Counted from the stretch's first letter, positions 28,983 to 38,838 are shown. The stretch is 59,314 nt of DNA from Chthoniobacterales bacterium (GCA_035936875.1 DASYVQ010000055.1:1-59314), one strand, 5' to 3'. The notes: a model not told the origin generated them from the letters alone. Numbers and translations: made by a program.

Positions 28983-29648
28983 ATGAACCCCGACAAGCTC
29001 TTCGATTATCTCGACGGCAAGCTTTCTGAAGCCGAACGCACGCAACTGGAGCGCCAGCTTGCGTCGGATACACAATTGCAGCGGGAACTGGCCGTTGCCC
29101 GCGAAATTCATCGCGGCATGCCCGACTCAGGCGAAGTACTCGGGCCGTTCGATTCAACATCGACATCGACTCGTGGCGCAATTCTCGGCCGAAGAATCGC
29201 GGTTGCTTTTTCCGTGCTCGTGTTCGTCAACGTGATCTTCGGGATTTATGCGATTGCGTTTATGGAAAAGAAACGCCGGGCTCGCCCGACGCAGGAACAG
29301 AATCGCCAGGAACTCTTTCAGAGTTTGCAAAAGACTGCGGCCGTCGCATTGCCGACGCCGAGCTTTGACGTTGACGAGATCAAACTAAGCGCGCCCGCCG
29401 CCGAACAAGATGCACTGGCAAACAAAGTGATTGCGGCCGCGCAACAATGCGCTGGGTCGGGAACGAAAGGCTTAACCAACGAGGATGGCATTTTATTATT
29501 TGCCGAAGTTCCAACGGCTCGCCTAAACGATTTTCGTGAGTTGCTGAAGAAACTTGGCGCGACTTTGCCAACTCCGGGCGGCAACGTCCCGGCTGGCGAG
29601 AAGACGATTGTCCAAATTCGAATCGCTGCCGGCGCAAAGCCGCAATGA
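28983..29648 (+). CDS. Single-pass membrane protein with anti-sigma-factor-like N-terminus
   Basis: 221 aa. MNPDKLFDYLDGKLSEAERTQLERQLASD resembles anti-sigma N-termini but lacks Cys/His ligands. One TM. No sigma factor gene is adjacent. Confidence 0.4.
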   Translation: MNPDKLFDYLDGKLSEAERTQLERQLASDTQLQRELAVAREIHRGMPDSGEVLGPFDSTSTSTRGAILGRRIAVAFSVLVFVNVIFGIYAIAFMEKKRRARPTQEQNRQELFQSLQKTAAVALPTPSFDVDEIKLSAPAAEQDALANKVIAAAQQCAGSGTKGLTNEDGILLFAEVPTARLNDFRELLKKLGATLPTPGGNVPAGEKTIVQIRIAAGAKPQ

Positions 29649-30346
29649 TCGCAATCACGTTTGCGCTGCCCGCGGAAAGCTCCGCTCTCATCAGCCGGTT
29701 GCGAGAAAAGACTCGCGCGCTCTGCGACGGCGAGAAAATCATTTATGGCAAAATCGATAATCGATCGGTCGCGATTTTTCACACCGGCGTCGGCCGCAAA
29801 AGCTGCGAGCATAAGATCGACAATCTCCTTCGAGGCGAGCGCCCGGACTTTTTGATTAGTTCGGGTTTTGCAGGCAGCGCGCACGAAGATCTGCAAGTTG
29901 GCGATTTAGTTCTGGCGGAAAATTTCTCGGACGCAAAATTGCTTTCCACGGCGCGGCAACTTTTGGCGCCGCGAAACCCGCGCGTCATAAAGCTTTTTTC
30001 ATCGGCATCGATCGTCGATTCAGTGGCGGAGCGGAACGAAGTTGCGCGCGCACACGGCGCCGACGCCGTCGACATGGAAACGGAAACAATCGCGCAGGCA
30101 TGCACGGCGCAGGGAGTACGGATGCTTTCGCTCCGGGTGATCAGCGATAGTGTTCGCGAACCGTTTCCGGCGCCGCCCCGTATTTTGTTCGACATCGAGC
30201 GGCAGCGAACTGATTTCGCGAAGTTAATTGGCTATTTATTAAGACATCCCGGGGCTGCCTGGGATTTGCTTCGCTTCGCACGCCAAATTTCTCGCGCACG
30301 CGAAGCCTTGACGACCGCGATTGTGGCACTCGTGCGCGGACTGTAG
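29645..30346 (+). CDS. Nucleoside phosphorylase-I family protein (MTA/SAH nucleosidase or HpnG-like)
   Basis: 233 aa with SSGFAGS, DAVDMETE and SLRVISD motifs. Confidence 0.65.
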   Translation: MIAITFALPAESSALISRLREKTRALCDGEKIIYGKIDNRSVAIFHTGVGRKSCEHKIDNLLRGERPDFLISSGFAGSAHEDLQVGDLVLAENFSDAKLLSTARQLLAPRNPRVIKLFSSASIVDSVAERNEVARAHGADAVDMETETIAQACTAQGVRMLSLRVISDSVREPFPAPPRILFDIERQRTDFAKLIGYLLRHPGAAWDLLRFARQISRAREALTTAIVALVRGL

Positions 30347-30392
30347 GGGAAGCAGTTTGCTTCCCTCGGGACGCTAACAGCGTCCCCTACAG
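30341..30392. repeat. REPIN-like double-hairpin element (GTAGGGGA family)
   Basis: ctgtaggggaagcagtttgcttccctcgggacgctaacagcgtcccctacag fills the gap between convergent genes and contains the TAG stop of the phosphorylase gene. Confidence 0.9.
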
Positions 30393-30393
30393 A

Positions 30394-31293
30394 TTAATGT
30401 GCCGGTTCGATGTGGACGAGGACGTCGGCGATGCGCGCGTCGGTCTGTTGAATTGCGCGCTTCACTTCGTGGGCGATGTGATGACCTTCGCGCACGGAAA
30501 TGTTTCCGTTCACCTTAACGTGAAGATCGACATAGAAGTCGATCCCCATTTTCCGGACTAGACACTTGTCGATTTCGATTACACCAGGCACTGATGCGGC
30601 CGCTTGACGCACCGAGTCAATAATTCCGCCGCGAGGTGCGGTGTCGAGAATATCGTGCAGAGCAGGGCCGAGCAGGCGAATGCCGATGGTGGCGATGACC
30701 AGGCAAACAAAAATCGCGGCCCAATGATCGGCGCTCTGCCACTTTTCACCGCCGATCAACGCAATCGAAATTCCAATGAAAGCGGCACCGGATGTAAGGA
30801 CATCGGCACGATGACGCCAGGCGTCGGCTTCAATGGCGATGCTTCCAATGGAACGGCCGAATCGCACGACATAACGGAAGAGCGTCTCTTTGACAATGAC
30901 CACCGCGACGAGCACGCCCAAAGTGAACGGCGCCGGCACATGATGCGGCAGAAAAAGTGTTCGTGTGCTCTGCACAGTCAGCACAAGCGCGGCGGCCAGA
31001 ACGCCGAGCGCGACAAAGATCGCAGTGAGCGGCTCGGCTTTGCCGTGGCCGTAAGGGTGCGTTTCATCCGGCGGTCGTGCCGCAAAACGGAGCCCGCCCC
31101 AGATCACAATCGAGCCCGCGACGTCCAGCGCGGACTCTATTCCGTCAGCAATGAGCGCATATGAGTTTCCGAAAACGCCGGCGGTGATTTTAATAATCGT
31201 GAACGCGACATTGACGATCATTCCGACGAGCGCGAGACGCGCCCCGGTTTGCAGATTGTTCGCGGAAGCCTGAGGATGCAGCGCCGAAGTCAT
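30394..31293 (-). CDS. Cation diffusion facilitator (CDF) family transporter
   Basis: SYALIADGIESALDV, HPYGHGKAEP, and a C-terminal cytoplasmic domain. Start chosen at MTSALHP; the track start at 31374 would overlap the divergent gene. Confidence 0.85.
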   Translation of the reverse strand: MTSALHPQASANNLQTGARLALVGMIVNVAFTIIKITAGVFGNSYALIADGIESALDVAGSIVIWGGLRFAARPPDETHPYGHGKAEPLTAIFVALGVLAAALVLTVQSTRTLFLPHHVPAPFTLGVLVAVVIVKETLFRYVVRFGRSIGSIAIEADAWRHRADVLTSGAAFIGISIALIGGEKWQSADHWAAIFVCLVIATIGIRLLGPALHDILDTAPRGGIIDSVRQAAASVPGVIEIDKCLVRKMGIDFYVDLHVKVNGNISVREGHHIAHEVKRAIQQTDARIADVLVHIEPAH

Positions 31294-31295
31294 CG

Positions 31296-32291
31296 ATGAG
31301 CAAGAGTATAAAAGCGGTTGTTTACGAAAGGCACGGAAATCCGCCTGATGTTTTGCGTGTGGAACCGCAGCCATGGCCCAAAGCGGCCGCCGACGAAGTG
31401 GTCGTGGAAATGCGCGCAGCGCCGGTTAATCCGGCCGACTTGAATGCAATCGAAGGCAAATATCCGATACGGCCACAACTTCCGGCGACGCCGGGATTCG
31501 AAGGCGCAGGAATTGTTGTCGATGTTGGCGCAGACGTAAAGACGATCACAGCCGGCGCGGTCGTGATCCTTCCTCACAACGTTGGGACGTGGCGAGATGC
31601 CGTCGCGGTGAAAGCGAATGAGCTGGTCGCAGTTCCGCCCGAGATCGAACCGATTCATGCGGCGATGTTGAAGATCAATCCGATGACCGCCTGGCGACTG
31701 CTGCACGATTATGTCGATCTAAAGAGCGGCGACTGGCTGATTCAAAATGCGGCGAACTCCGCTGCCGGCCGCGCCGTGATTCAGATCGCGCGCGATCTCG
31801 GTTACAAGACGGTGAACGTGGTTCGGCGGCCGGAATTGATCGATGAGTTGCGCGCCGAAGGCGGGGACGTCGTCCTTGTCGATGGCGAAAATCTTCGCGA
31901 CGAAGTGAAGAACGCGACAAGCGGGGCGCCGATCCGCCTGGCACTGAACGCTGTGGGCGGAGACAGCGCACTCCGCCTCGCCAATACGCTTGCACCCGGA
32001 TCAACCATGGTCACGTTTGGCGCGATGGGGCTGCAGCCGCTGAAAATCCCCAATGGTCTTCTTATTTTCAAAGACCTGCGCTTCCGCGGGATCTGGATCA
32101 ATAAATGGTACGACAACGCAACGATGGCCGAGCGGCTGGAAGCGTTTCAGCAGCTCTTCGATATGGCCAAACGGGGATTGTTGAGAACGAAAGTGGATAG
32201 ATCGTATCCGCTAACCGAAGCGAAAGCCGCTGTGACGCACGCGGCGCAAGGCAAACGCAGCGGCAAAATTATTTTCGAATTTGCGACGTGA
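31296..32291 (+). CDS. MDR superfamily NAD(P)H-dependent oxidoreductase (enoyl reductase/quinone oxidoreductase-like)
   Basis: 331 aa with VVEMRAAPVNPADLNAIEGKYP and AANSAAGRAVIQIA nucleotide-binding region. Confidence 0.8.
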   Translation: MSKSIKAVVYERHGNPPDVLRVEPQPWPKAAADEVVVEMRAAPVNPADLNAIEGKYPIRPQLPATPGFEGAGIVVDVGADVKTITAGAVVILPHNVGTWRDAVAVKANELVAVPPEIEPIHAAMLKINPMTAWRLLHDYVDLKSGDWLIQNAANSAAGRAVIQIARDLGYKTVNVVRRPELIDELRAEGGDVVLVDGENLRDEVKNATSGAPIRLALNAVGGDSALRLANTLAPGSTMVTFGAMGLQPLKIPNGLLIFKDLRFRGIWINKWYDNATMAERLEAFQQLFDMAKRGLLRTKVDRSYPLTEAKAAVTHAAQGKRSGKIIFEFAT

Positions 32292-33478
32292 CCGTAATCA
32301 TAGTTGGTGCAGGCATTAACGGGGTTACTTCCGCGATTGAGTTAAAAAAGCGCGGCCACAAAGTCATCCTTCTCGATCCTGGTCCCCTGCCCCATCCGCT
32401 CGCCGCCTCTACCGATATCAGCAAAGCCGTGCGCGCCGCCTACGGTCCGGATGAAGAATACACCGCCCTGGCCGAGCGCTCAATCCCGCTCTGGCGGAAG
32501 TGGAATCAGGAACTGGGCGCCGAATTGTATCACGAGACCGGCGTCTTGTTCCTGCGGCATCAACCGATGGAACCCGGCGATTTTGAATTCGAAAGCTGCA
32601 TGGTGCTGGAAAGGCGCGAACACAAGTTTGAGCGAATCGATTCAGCAAAGCTGCGCAATCGGTTTCCCGCGTTTAATGCCGAGCAATTTCAAGACGGCTT
32701 TTTCGATCCGGACGCGGGCTACGTTGAAAGCGGACGCGCCGTTGCGGCGCTTGTCGAGCGCGCGAAATCTCTCGGCGTCGAATTGCACGAGGGCAGCAGG
32801 TTTACGGCACTCGATGAGGACGATGATCGCGTTAAAGGCGTTGTCCTTGAAGATCGACAACGTAAAGCTCGCTCCGCTCGCCACGTTGCGGGCGATGCCG
32901 TGGTCATGGCCACCGGTGCGTGGACTCCGTTCTTGTTGCCGTTTACGAAAAAATTCTTTCGAGCGACCGGCCATCCCGTATTTCACTTCAAGCCGCGGGA
33001 GCCCGAACTTTTCTTACCCGAACGCTTTCCCTTTTTCGGAGCCGACATTTCAACGACCGGATATTACGGTTTCCCACTCAATCAAGGCGTCGTCAAAATT
33101 GCGAACCATGGAGTCGGCCGCGAAATGTCGCCGGATTCACCTGAACGCATCGTTACGCCCGGCGAAGAAAACGGCCTGCGCGAATGTCTAAGATCGACAA
33201 TTCCAGCGCTCGCTGACGCGCCGATTGTTCACACGCGTATATGCATGTACTGCGACACGCATGACGGAGATTTTTGGATTGCGCCCGATCCAGAACGGCC
33301 GGGATTGATTATCGCGACCGGCGACTGCGGTCACGGATTCAAATTTGCGCCGGTGCTCGGCGAAATCATCGCCGATGCGGTCGAGGAAAAACCCAATTCT
33401 CTTTCGAAAAAATTTCGCTGGCGACCGGAAGTGCGCGCAGGCGAAACGAAAGAAGCGGCCCGATTTATTCGGGGCTAG
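32288..33478 (+). CDS. FAD-dependent oxidoreductase (DAO/sarcosine oxidase-like)
   Basis: IVGAGINGVTSAIELKKRGHKVILLD dinucleotide fold. GTGA overlap with the upstream gene. Confidence 0.8.
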   Translation: MTVIIVGAGINGVTSAIELKKRGHKVILLDPGPLPHPLAASTDISKAVRAAYGPDEEYTALAERSIPLWRKWNQELGAELYHETGVLFLRHQPMEPGDFEFESCMVLERREHKFERIDSAKLRNRFPAFNAEQFQDGFFDPDAGYVESGRAVAALVERAKSLGVELHEGSRFTALDEDDDRVKGVVLEDRQRKARSARHVAGDAVVMATGAWTPFLLPFTKKFFRATGHPVFHFKPREPELFLPERFPFFGADISTTGYYGFPLNQGVVKIANHGVGREMSPDSPERIVTPGEENGLRECLRSTIPALADAPIVHTRICMYCDTHDGDFWIAPDPERPGLIIATGDCGHGFKFAPVLGEIIADAVEEKPNSLSKKFRWRPEVRAGETKEAARFIRG

Positions 33479-33501
33479 CTGATCGACCGCAAGATCAACA
33501 T

Positions 33502-33972
33502 CTACTCTCTCTGGGCGGGTTCTTTCTTCGGCTGCCGTTTGAGCAAAGTGATTTGCTTGATCCGCGCGGAATCCGAGGGACTCCAGGTCGCGACTTCGGG
33601 ATCGTCTTTGAACGCGTTGTGCACGATGCGCCGCTCGTAGGAATTCATCGGCTCGAGCTGAAGCGAACGGCCGGTGATCCGGACACGCTCGGCCAGTTCC
33701 CGGACGCGCTGAACGATCCGGTCTTCGCGCATCGAGCGGTACATTTCACAATCGACCACGACTTTGGCTGCATCTTTGTCTTTGGCCTGAATCAGCCGGT
33801 TAAGCAGAAACTGGATCGCTTCGAGCGTCTCGCCGTCGCGCCCGATCAGGCGCCCGCTCTCCTCGGTGTAAATTTGCAGAACCAAATTGCCCGCTTCGTT
33901 TTGCGTCTCCTCGATTTGCACAACGAAACCGAGATAGCCGAGGATGGTGTCGAGTAATTCCTTCGGTGTCAT
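33502..33972 (-). CDS. jag: Jag/KhpB RNA-binding protein (KH + R3H)
   Basis: GRLIGRDGETLEAIQFLLN (KH) and MNSYERRIVHNAF (R3H). Lies downstream of yidC. Confidence 0.85.
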   Translation of the reverse strand: MTPKELLDTILGYLGFVVQIEETQNEAGNLVLQIYTEESGRLIGRDGETLEAIQFLLNRLIQAKDKDAAKVVVDCEMYRSMREDRIVQRVRELAERVRITGRSLQLEPMNSYERRIVHNAFKDDPEVATWSPSDSARIKQITLLKRQPKKEPAQRE

Positions 33973-35684
33973 CGGTTCTTTCGTTTGCTCGAGCGTTTTT
34001 CCAGCGCCGGCATTGGTTGTCTCTTATTCTGATAAAATTGCACAATGCTGAAAAGGTTTTGTGTCGTGTAATACAATGCCAGAGCGGCGGCAAAATTGTA
34101 GCAGATAAATAGAAAGATCAGCGGCGTGAACATCATGACCCGGCGCTGGGTGGCGTCGCCGGTCTTTGGCGTCATGGCCATCAACCAGATTTGGGTCGCG
34201 GCCATGCAGAGCGGGATGATGTTGATCGGAATCGAATAGTCGAATAACGGGAGGCTCGCGACCGTGTCCGGTTGTGAGAGATCGTGCACCCACAGAAAGT
34301 GCGAGTTCCGCAATTCAACGGCTTGCCCGAGCATCTTGAAAAGGCCGAAGAAAATCGGGATTTGAATCATCATCGGCAAGCAGCCACCCACCGGATTGAT
34401 GCCGTACTCTTTGTAGAGCTTCATCACCTCCTGGTTCATGCGGGTCGGGTCGTCTTTGTATTTTTCGCGCAACTCCTGAACTTTCGGCGTCAGCAGCGAC
34501 ATCTGCCGCATGGAACGGTTGGCTTTGCCCTGTAATGGCCAGAGCACCATTTTGATGATCGCAGTCAAAGCAAGAATGGCGGCGCCATAAGATCCCAACC
34601 AGCCGTGCAATAAGTTGAGGAAATTGAGCAGAAACTGGCTCACCAGTTTGAAAATGCCGAAGTCCATGATCTCGGCTTCGTTGTGCGGAAGGGTCGCAAG
34701 CCGATGGTAGATTTTTGGACCGGCGTAAATCTGGAACCGCGCATTGTAGGTCTGGCCTGGCGGCAGTTGAAACGCCGGCATGCGCATAGCGCCTTGAAGC
34801 CCGTACATTTTTTCCTCGGGCTTGATATCGAAACGATGGCCCCAAACGCCGGTCGCCTTGGCAGTTAGCGGTGCGATCAGCGTCGTGAAAAATTGATTAC
34901 TCACTGCCGCCCACTCCGCGTTGCCGAGATCCTGCTGATAGTAGGGCTGGGCGACGTGTTGACCCACGCCAAGGAATCCGCTGCCGCCTCCGAACCAGCC
35001 CACGTCGATCCCTTTGGCCTTTCCATCAATGCACCAAACGATGCGCGTGAAGTAGGAGTAATCCTTGGCGTGAATCGGCGCCGCCGATCCAAGCGAAACG
35101 AAATAACCGGCGTTCGCATACGGCTTCGCGCCGCCGTTGACAAGATCGACATCCAGCTCGGCGACGAAGTTGTCTTTCTTTTCGTCACTCTTCGGAAAGA
35201 AAAACTTTTTCCGAATCGTGATGCCATCCGACGCTGGCCTTTCAAACTTAACGCTGCCGTCCGCATCACGGGACGGGGTGAACTCGGGCAGCGCGGGCGC
35301 AGCCGGCTGGTCTATGATCGCGCCGATGGGCACCTGCTGCGGCGAATTCAAAACAACGCGCTTGTCGCCTTCGGCGACGTGATTGAGCAGCACCGCTTCA
35401 CTGATACCGCCGCCGCGATTCGTTAGGCGCAACTCGACGTCGGCGTTGCGCAACGTCTCGATTTTCTCTGGAAAACTTGGGGCCGGTTCGGCCGCTGCCG
35501 GAGTGGCTGAGGGCAGAGGCGAAACGAGCGGCGCTGGCGAGGGACTAGCGCCAGCAACCAGCGGTGCCGCAGTTGGCGAAGCAGTGATTGTCGATGGATG
35601 CGGTGGAACCTGGCGCGCCCACCATTCCCAGGCGACCAAGCCGATGACGCAAAGTGCAATGACAATCCACGCGGTTCGATCCAT
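33969..35684 (-). CDS. yidC: Membrane protein insertase YidC
   Basis: 571 aa with ILALTAIIKMVLWPL and GCLPMMIQIPIFFGLF, in rnpA-yidD-yidC context. Confidence 0.95.
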   Translation of the reverse strand: MDRTAWIVIALCVIGLVAWEWWARQVPPHPSTITASPTAAPLVAGASPSPAPLVSPLPSATPAAAEPAPSFPEKIETLRNADVELRLTNRGGGISEAVLLNHVAEGDKRVVLNSPQQVPIGAIIDQPAAPALPEFTPSRDADGSVKFERPASDGITIRKKFFFPKSDEKKDNFVAELDVDLVNGGAKPYANAGYFVSLGSAAPIHAKDYSYFTRIVWCIDGKAKGIDVGWFGGGSGFLGVGQHVAQPYYQQDLGNAEWAAVSNQFFTTLIAPLTAKATGVWGHRFDIKPEEKMYGLQGAMRMPAFQLPPGQTYNARFQIYAGPKIYHRLATLPHNEAEIMDFGIFKLVSQFLLNFLNLLHGWLGSYGAAILALTAIIKMVLWPLQGKANRSMRQMSLLTPKVQELREKYKDDPTRMNQEVMKLYKEYGINPVGGCLPMMIQIPIFFGLFKMLGQAVELRNSHFLWVHDLSQPDTVASLPLFDYSIPINIIPLCMAATQIWLMAMTPKTGDATQRRVMMFTPLIFLFICYNFAAALALYYTTQNLFSIVQFYQNKRQPMPALEKRSSKRKNR

Positions 35685-35705
35685 AAAACTTTTTGCGCTG
35701 GCTAA

Positions 35706-35975
35706 TCACACGCAACGATCGGCGAGATCGACAATTACAACGCGCAATGGAACGGGATCGTGACCGCAACCGCCCCATGGTTGGCAGCGCCCCAGCCGCT
35801 TCAATCCCAGCCAACCGCCGCGGAGAAAGCCATGCGTCTCTACTGCTTCCAAAAGATATCGCGAACAACTCGGCTCAAATCGGCAACCGGAACCGGGCCC
35901 GCCGATCAACGAGAGCAGCGGCGAGATCGCAAATTGATAAAGGCGAATAAAAGCGCGGAAGATTTTGAGCATCAA
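35706..35975 (-). CDS. yidD: Membrane protein insertion efficiency factor YidD
   Basis: [13 protein letters not shown]...[10 protein letters not shown]. Confidence 0.9.
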   Translation of the reverse strand: MMLKIFRAFIRLYQFAISPLLSLIGGPGSGCRFEPSCSRYLLEAVETHGFLRGGWLGLKRLGRCQPWGGCGHDPVPLRVVIVDLADRCV

Positions 35976-36334
35976 GGCGCTAAAATAGAAGCGCGCCTAG
36001 CCAGACGCAACCACTCATCTTCCAACTGTCGATAAGTTGCACGCGCTGCATCTGTTCGCGCGATTGTCACGACCCACACCGGATCGACAATCTCGTGCTG
36101 ATGCTTGCGGACGATCTCACGCAGACGTCGCCGGACGCGATTGCGCAGGACCGCGCCGCCGATCCTGCCGGAAGTCACAAACCCGGCGCGAAGACCTTCG
36201 ACTCCCGCTTCGGCCAGCACACCTAGCATCAACAGTTTGCCGCGCTGAGTGCGGCCGGCTTTCCGGACGAGCTCAAATTGCGAACTTGCCGTCAACCGCC
36301 GAGTTTTCGGAAACAAAAGATTTTTCGCCGGCAT
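35972..36334 (-). CDS. rnpA: Ribonuclease P protein component
   Basis: 120 aa, basic, with [14 protein letters not shown]...[10 protein letters not shown]. Overlaps yidD by 4 nt. Confidence 0.85.
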   Translation of the reverse strand: MPAKNLLFPKTRRLTASSQFELVRKAGRTQRGKLLMLGVLAEAGVEGLRAGFVTSGRIGGAVLRNRVRRRLREIVRKHQHEIVDPVWVVTIARTDAARATYRQLEDEWLRLARRASILAP

Positions 36335-36370
36335 GCCGATTGTCGATCTTAGGACTGTCGATGTACAGCA

Positions 36371-36407
36371 AAAGTCTTTCCCCGAAGCATGTTCGGGAAA
36401 AGACTTT
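36371..36407. terminator. Strong hairpin between the mini-lipoprotein gene and rnpA
   Basis: aaagtctttccccgaag-catg-ttcgggaaaagacttt. The U-tract is only moderate on either strand. Confidence 0.5.
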
Positions 36408-36433
36408 GCTTTGTAAATTAACCGACTCCGAAT

Positions 36434-36631
36434 TTACGGAGAAGGCGATGTATTGACGTTGACGTTCGTCTCCGTTTTCTCGGTCTTGGTCGCGGGAGAT
36501 GGATTTACGATCGTCGTATTAATTTCTTTTTTCTCGGTCTTCTCCGCCGGCGGATTCGTTACCGTTGTTTCTTTTTGCTCGCAAGCTGCGAGCAGAGCGG
36601 CACCGGCCAGCAAACAAATGTATTTCTTCAT
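36434..36631 (-). CDS. Mini-lipoprotein with T/E/K/P-rich tail
   Basis: MKKYICLLAGAALLAACEQK (lipobox) followed by low-complexity sequence, 65 aa. Confidence 0.6.
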   Translation of the reverse strand: MKKYICLLAGAALLAACEQKETTVTNPPAEKTEKKEINTTIVNPSPATKTEKTETNVNVNTSPSP

Positions 36632-36670
36632 ATAAAAGTAAATCGAATCCGCGAACCAATTCAGTCGTGT

Positions 36671-36823
36671 TTATGGAGTCGGCGCCGGGGTCGTTGCTTC
36701 GGCGGGACTGGTAGCTGTAGTTGCTTCGGGTGAAGCGGCCGCACTTGGCGCGGCAGTTTCGGTTTTTTGTTCACAAGCCACGAGCAACGCGGCGCCAGCC
36801 AAGATGCAGATATATTTTTTCAT
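36671..36823 (-). CDS. Mini-lipoprotein paralog (50 aa, below ORF-track cutoff)
   Basis: Own translation: MKKYICILAGAALLVACEQKTETAAPSAAASPEATTATSPAEATTPAPTP-stop. The signal/lipobox is nearly identical to the neighbour. Confidence 0.55.
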   Translation of the reverse strand: MKKYICILAGAALLVACEQKTETAAPSAAASPEATTATSPAEATTPAPTP

Positions 36824-36886
36824 AATTTTAGATCGAGAACTCCACAGTCGGTTAAATAGTCATTCGGAGCAAGGTGACTTTTCGTT

Positions 36887-37984
36887 TCAAAATGGCGGAT
36901 CGTATTTCAAGCCGTGGGCGTCGGCCACCGCCCGACACGTCAATTTCCCATCGCGAGTATTGATTCCGCCAACGAGCGCCGGTTGTTTTTTGCAGGCTTC
37001 GTCCAAACCAAGATCGGCGAGCAATTCGACGTACCGATAAGTGACATTCGTGAGTGCCTGCGTGGCCGTGCGCGCGTAGGCCGCCGGCATATTCGCGACA
37101 CAATAATGGGTCACGCCTTCTTCGACATAAATTGGATCGAGATGCGTGGTTGGGCGCGATGTTTCAGCGCAGCCGCCTTGATCGATGGCGATGTCGACGA
37201 GCACGCTCCCGGTTTTCATCTTTTTCAACATTGCGCGCGTGATCAGCTTCGGAGCCTTCGCTCCCGGCAATAAGACTGCGCCAATGAGCAGATCGCAATC
37301 AGGCATCAGTTCCATTAAATTCGCTTCGCTCGAATAAAGCGTGTGCAAATTGTCCATGGCCAGATCGAGAAATCGCAATCGCTCAACATCGATATCGAGA
37401 ATCGTTACATCTGCGCCCAGACCTTTCGCCATTCGTAGAGCGTTCACGCCCGAGGTCCCGCCGCCAACGACCACGACGCTTCCCGGTAAAACTCCCGGCA
37501 CTCCTCCAAGCAACACCCCGCTGCCACCGTTGTACTTCGCCAGAAAATACGCGCCCATCACCACCGACATGCGCCCCGCGATCTCGCTCATCGGCTCGAG
37601 CAGCGGCAAACGATTGCCGATTTGGATTGTTTCATAGGCGATGCCGGTCACACCTGATTTCAACAACGCTTCGGTGAGAGGCTTGCTCGCGGCCAGATGC
37701 AAATAAGTGAAGAGAATCTGGCCCTTGCGCAAAAGCGGGAGCTCGGCCTTGAGCGGCTCCTTCACTTTCACGATCATGTCGGCTCGCGCAAAAACGTCCT
37801 TGGCAAGATCGACAATCTCCGCGCCGGCTTTGCGATATTCTTGATCCGGATAACCGGACCCAAGGCCGGCGCCTTTTTCCACGAGCACGGAACGACCGCG
37901 CCGCGTCAACTGCTCAGCCGCAGAGGGAACCAGCGCGATACGCTGTTCCTGTTCTTTGATTTCCTTTGGAACGCCGATGATCAT
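36887..37984 (-). CDS. ald: Alanine dehydrogenase
   Basis: [20 protein letters not shown] and [28 protein letters not shown]. Start moved to Met13 of the track ORF. Confidence 0.92.
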   Translation of the reverse strand: MIIGVPKEIKEQEQRIALVPSAAEQLTRRGRSVLVEKGAGLGSGYPDQEYRKAGAEIVDLAKDVFARADMIVKVKEPLKAELPLLRKGQILFTYLHLAASKPLTEALLKSGVTGIAYETIQIGNRLPLLEPMSEIAGRMSVVMGAYFLAKYNGGSGVLLGGVPGVLPGSVVVVGGGTSGVNALRMAKGLGADVTILDIDVERLRFLDLAMDNLHTLYSSEANLMELMPDCDLLIGAVLLPGAKAPKLITRAMLKKMKTGSVLVDIAIDQGGCAETSRPTTHLDPIYVEEGVTHYCVANMPAAYARTATQALTNVTYRYVELLADLGLDEACKKQPALVGGINTRDGKLTCRAVADAHGLKYDPPF

Positions 37985-37992
37985 TTGAAGAA

Positions 37993-38076
37993 GTGAAAAG
38001 TGACCACTGACCAGTGACAAGCAAGAAAGAATGTCCCGCTGTTAATTGATCACTTGTCACACATCATTGGTCACTC
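37993..38076. repeat. Imperfect palindrome with GTGAC word arms
   Basis: gtgaaaagtgaccactgaccagtgacaag ... gatcacttgtcacacatcattggtcactc. The right arm overlaps the yqgE-like stop. Confidence 0.7.
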
Positions 38077-38635
38077 AATTTAGCGACGGATCATCGGGCG
38101 CGGCCGCCAGCATCTTGTACCAAGGTCCAAGCCCGCGCATGATGTCGAACCAGAGTCGCGGAAGACGTTCCGGTTTGAACGAGGCACGGCTTGGTTTGTG
38201 GACGATCCAGGCGCGTTCTTTCATTTCCGCCTCAAGCTGTCCCGCGCCCCAACCCGCGTAACCGACGAACGCGCAGATCGACAGAGGATTTTCTCCAGCC
38301 AATGTATTTGCCTCGTCCATGCCGACATCGTGGTTCAGTTTTAAGCCTTCGCCTTTATGCCATTCGAACGCACCAAACATCAGTTGATGCTTGCCGACTG
38401 GTCCGCCGAGAAAAACCGGAACTTTGGCCAGGCCTTCGGGGGGCGCTTCGGTCACCAGGTCCGCAACATTTTTATCGAGCGGCCGATTAATGATCACGCC
38501 GAGAGCACCGTCGTCGGGATCGTGCGCCGAAAGAAAAAGGACCGCTCTCCGGAAATTCGGATCGAGCATGCTCGGATGTGCGACCAGCAGCGATCCGGCA
38601 AGACTTCGCGGTTTTTCGCCATCGATGCTCCGCAT
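38075..38635 (-). CDS. YqgE/AlgH family protein (UPF0301)
   Basis: AGSLLVAHPSMLDPNFRRAVLFLSAHDPDDGALGVIINRP. Only the last 186 codons of the 457-aa track ORF are taken as real. Confidence 0.85.
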   Translation of the reverse strand: MRSIDGEKPRSLAGSLLVAHPSMLDPNFRRAVLFLSAHDPDDGALGVIINRPLDKNVADLVTEAPPEGLAKVPVFLGGPVGKHQLMFGAFEWHKGEGLKLNHDVGMDEANTLAGENPLSICAFVGYAGWGAGQLEAEMKERAWIVHKPSRASFKPERLPRLWFDIMRGLGPWYKMLAAAPDDPSLN

Positions 38636-38730
38636 ATAAAAACTAGAACGCGCAGTCCGAAGTTGTGCAAGTCTTCGCATTTCTGAGCATCGGAAAGATC
38701 GACAATGAGACCGGGCATCCGCCAGCGGTC

Positions 38731-38758
38731 TTGGCAAAATCGGAATAACCCCTATAAT
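38731..38758 (+). promoter_or_regulatory. Near-consensus sigma70-type promoter
   Basis: TTGGCA - 16 nt - TATAAT. Confidence 0.5.
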
Positions 38759-38838
38759 TTTACGCAAAATTTTGTTGCGGCATCCTTTAAGCTCGGTTAC
38801 TAGCAGCACAGTTTTAGAAGATTGTTCTGGGGGGAACA

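Noticed and set aside
28852-29181. 109-aa minus-strand ORF in the tamB / anti-sigma-like divergent region
   Set aside because: It overlaps the start of the better-supported plus-strand membrane protein gene and has no motif or ribosome-binding site.
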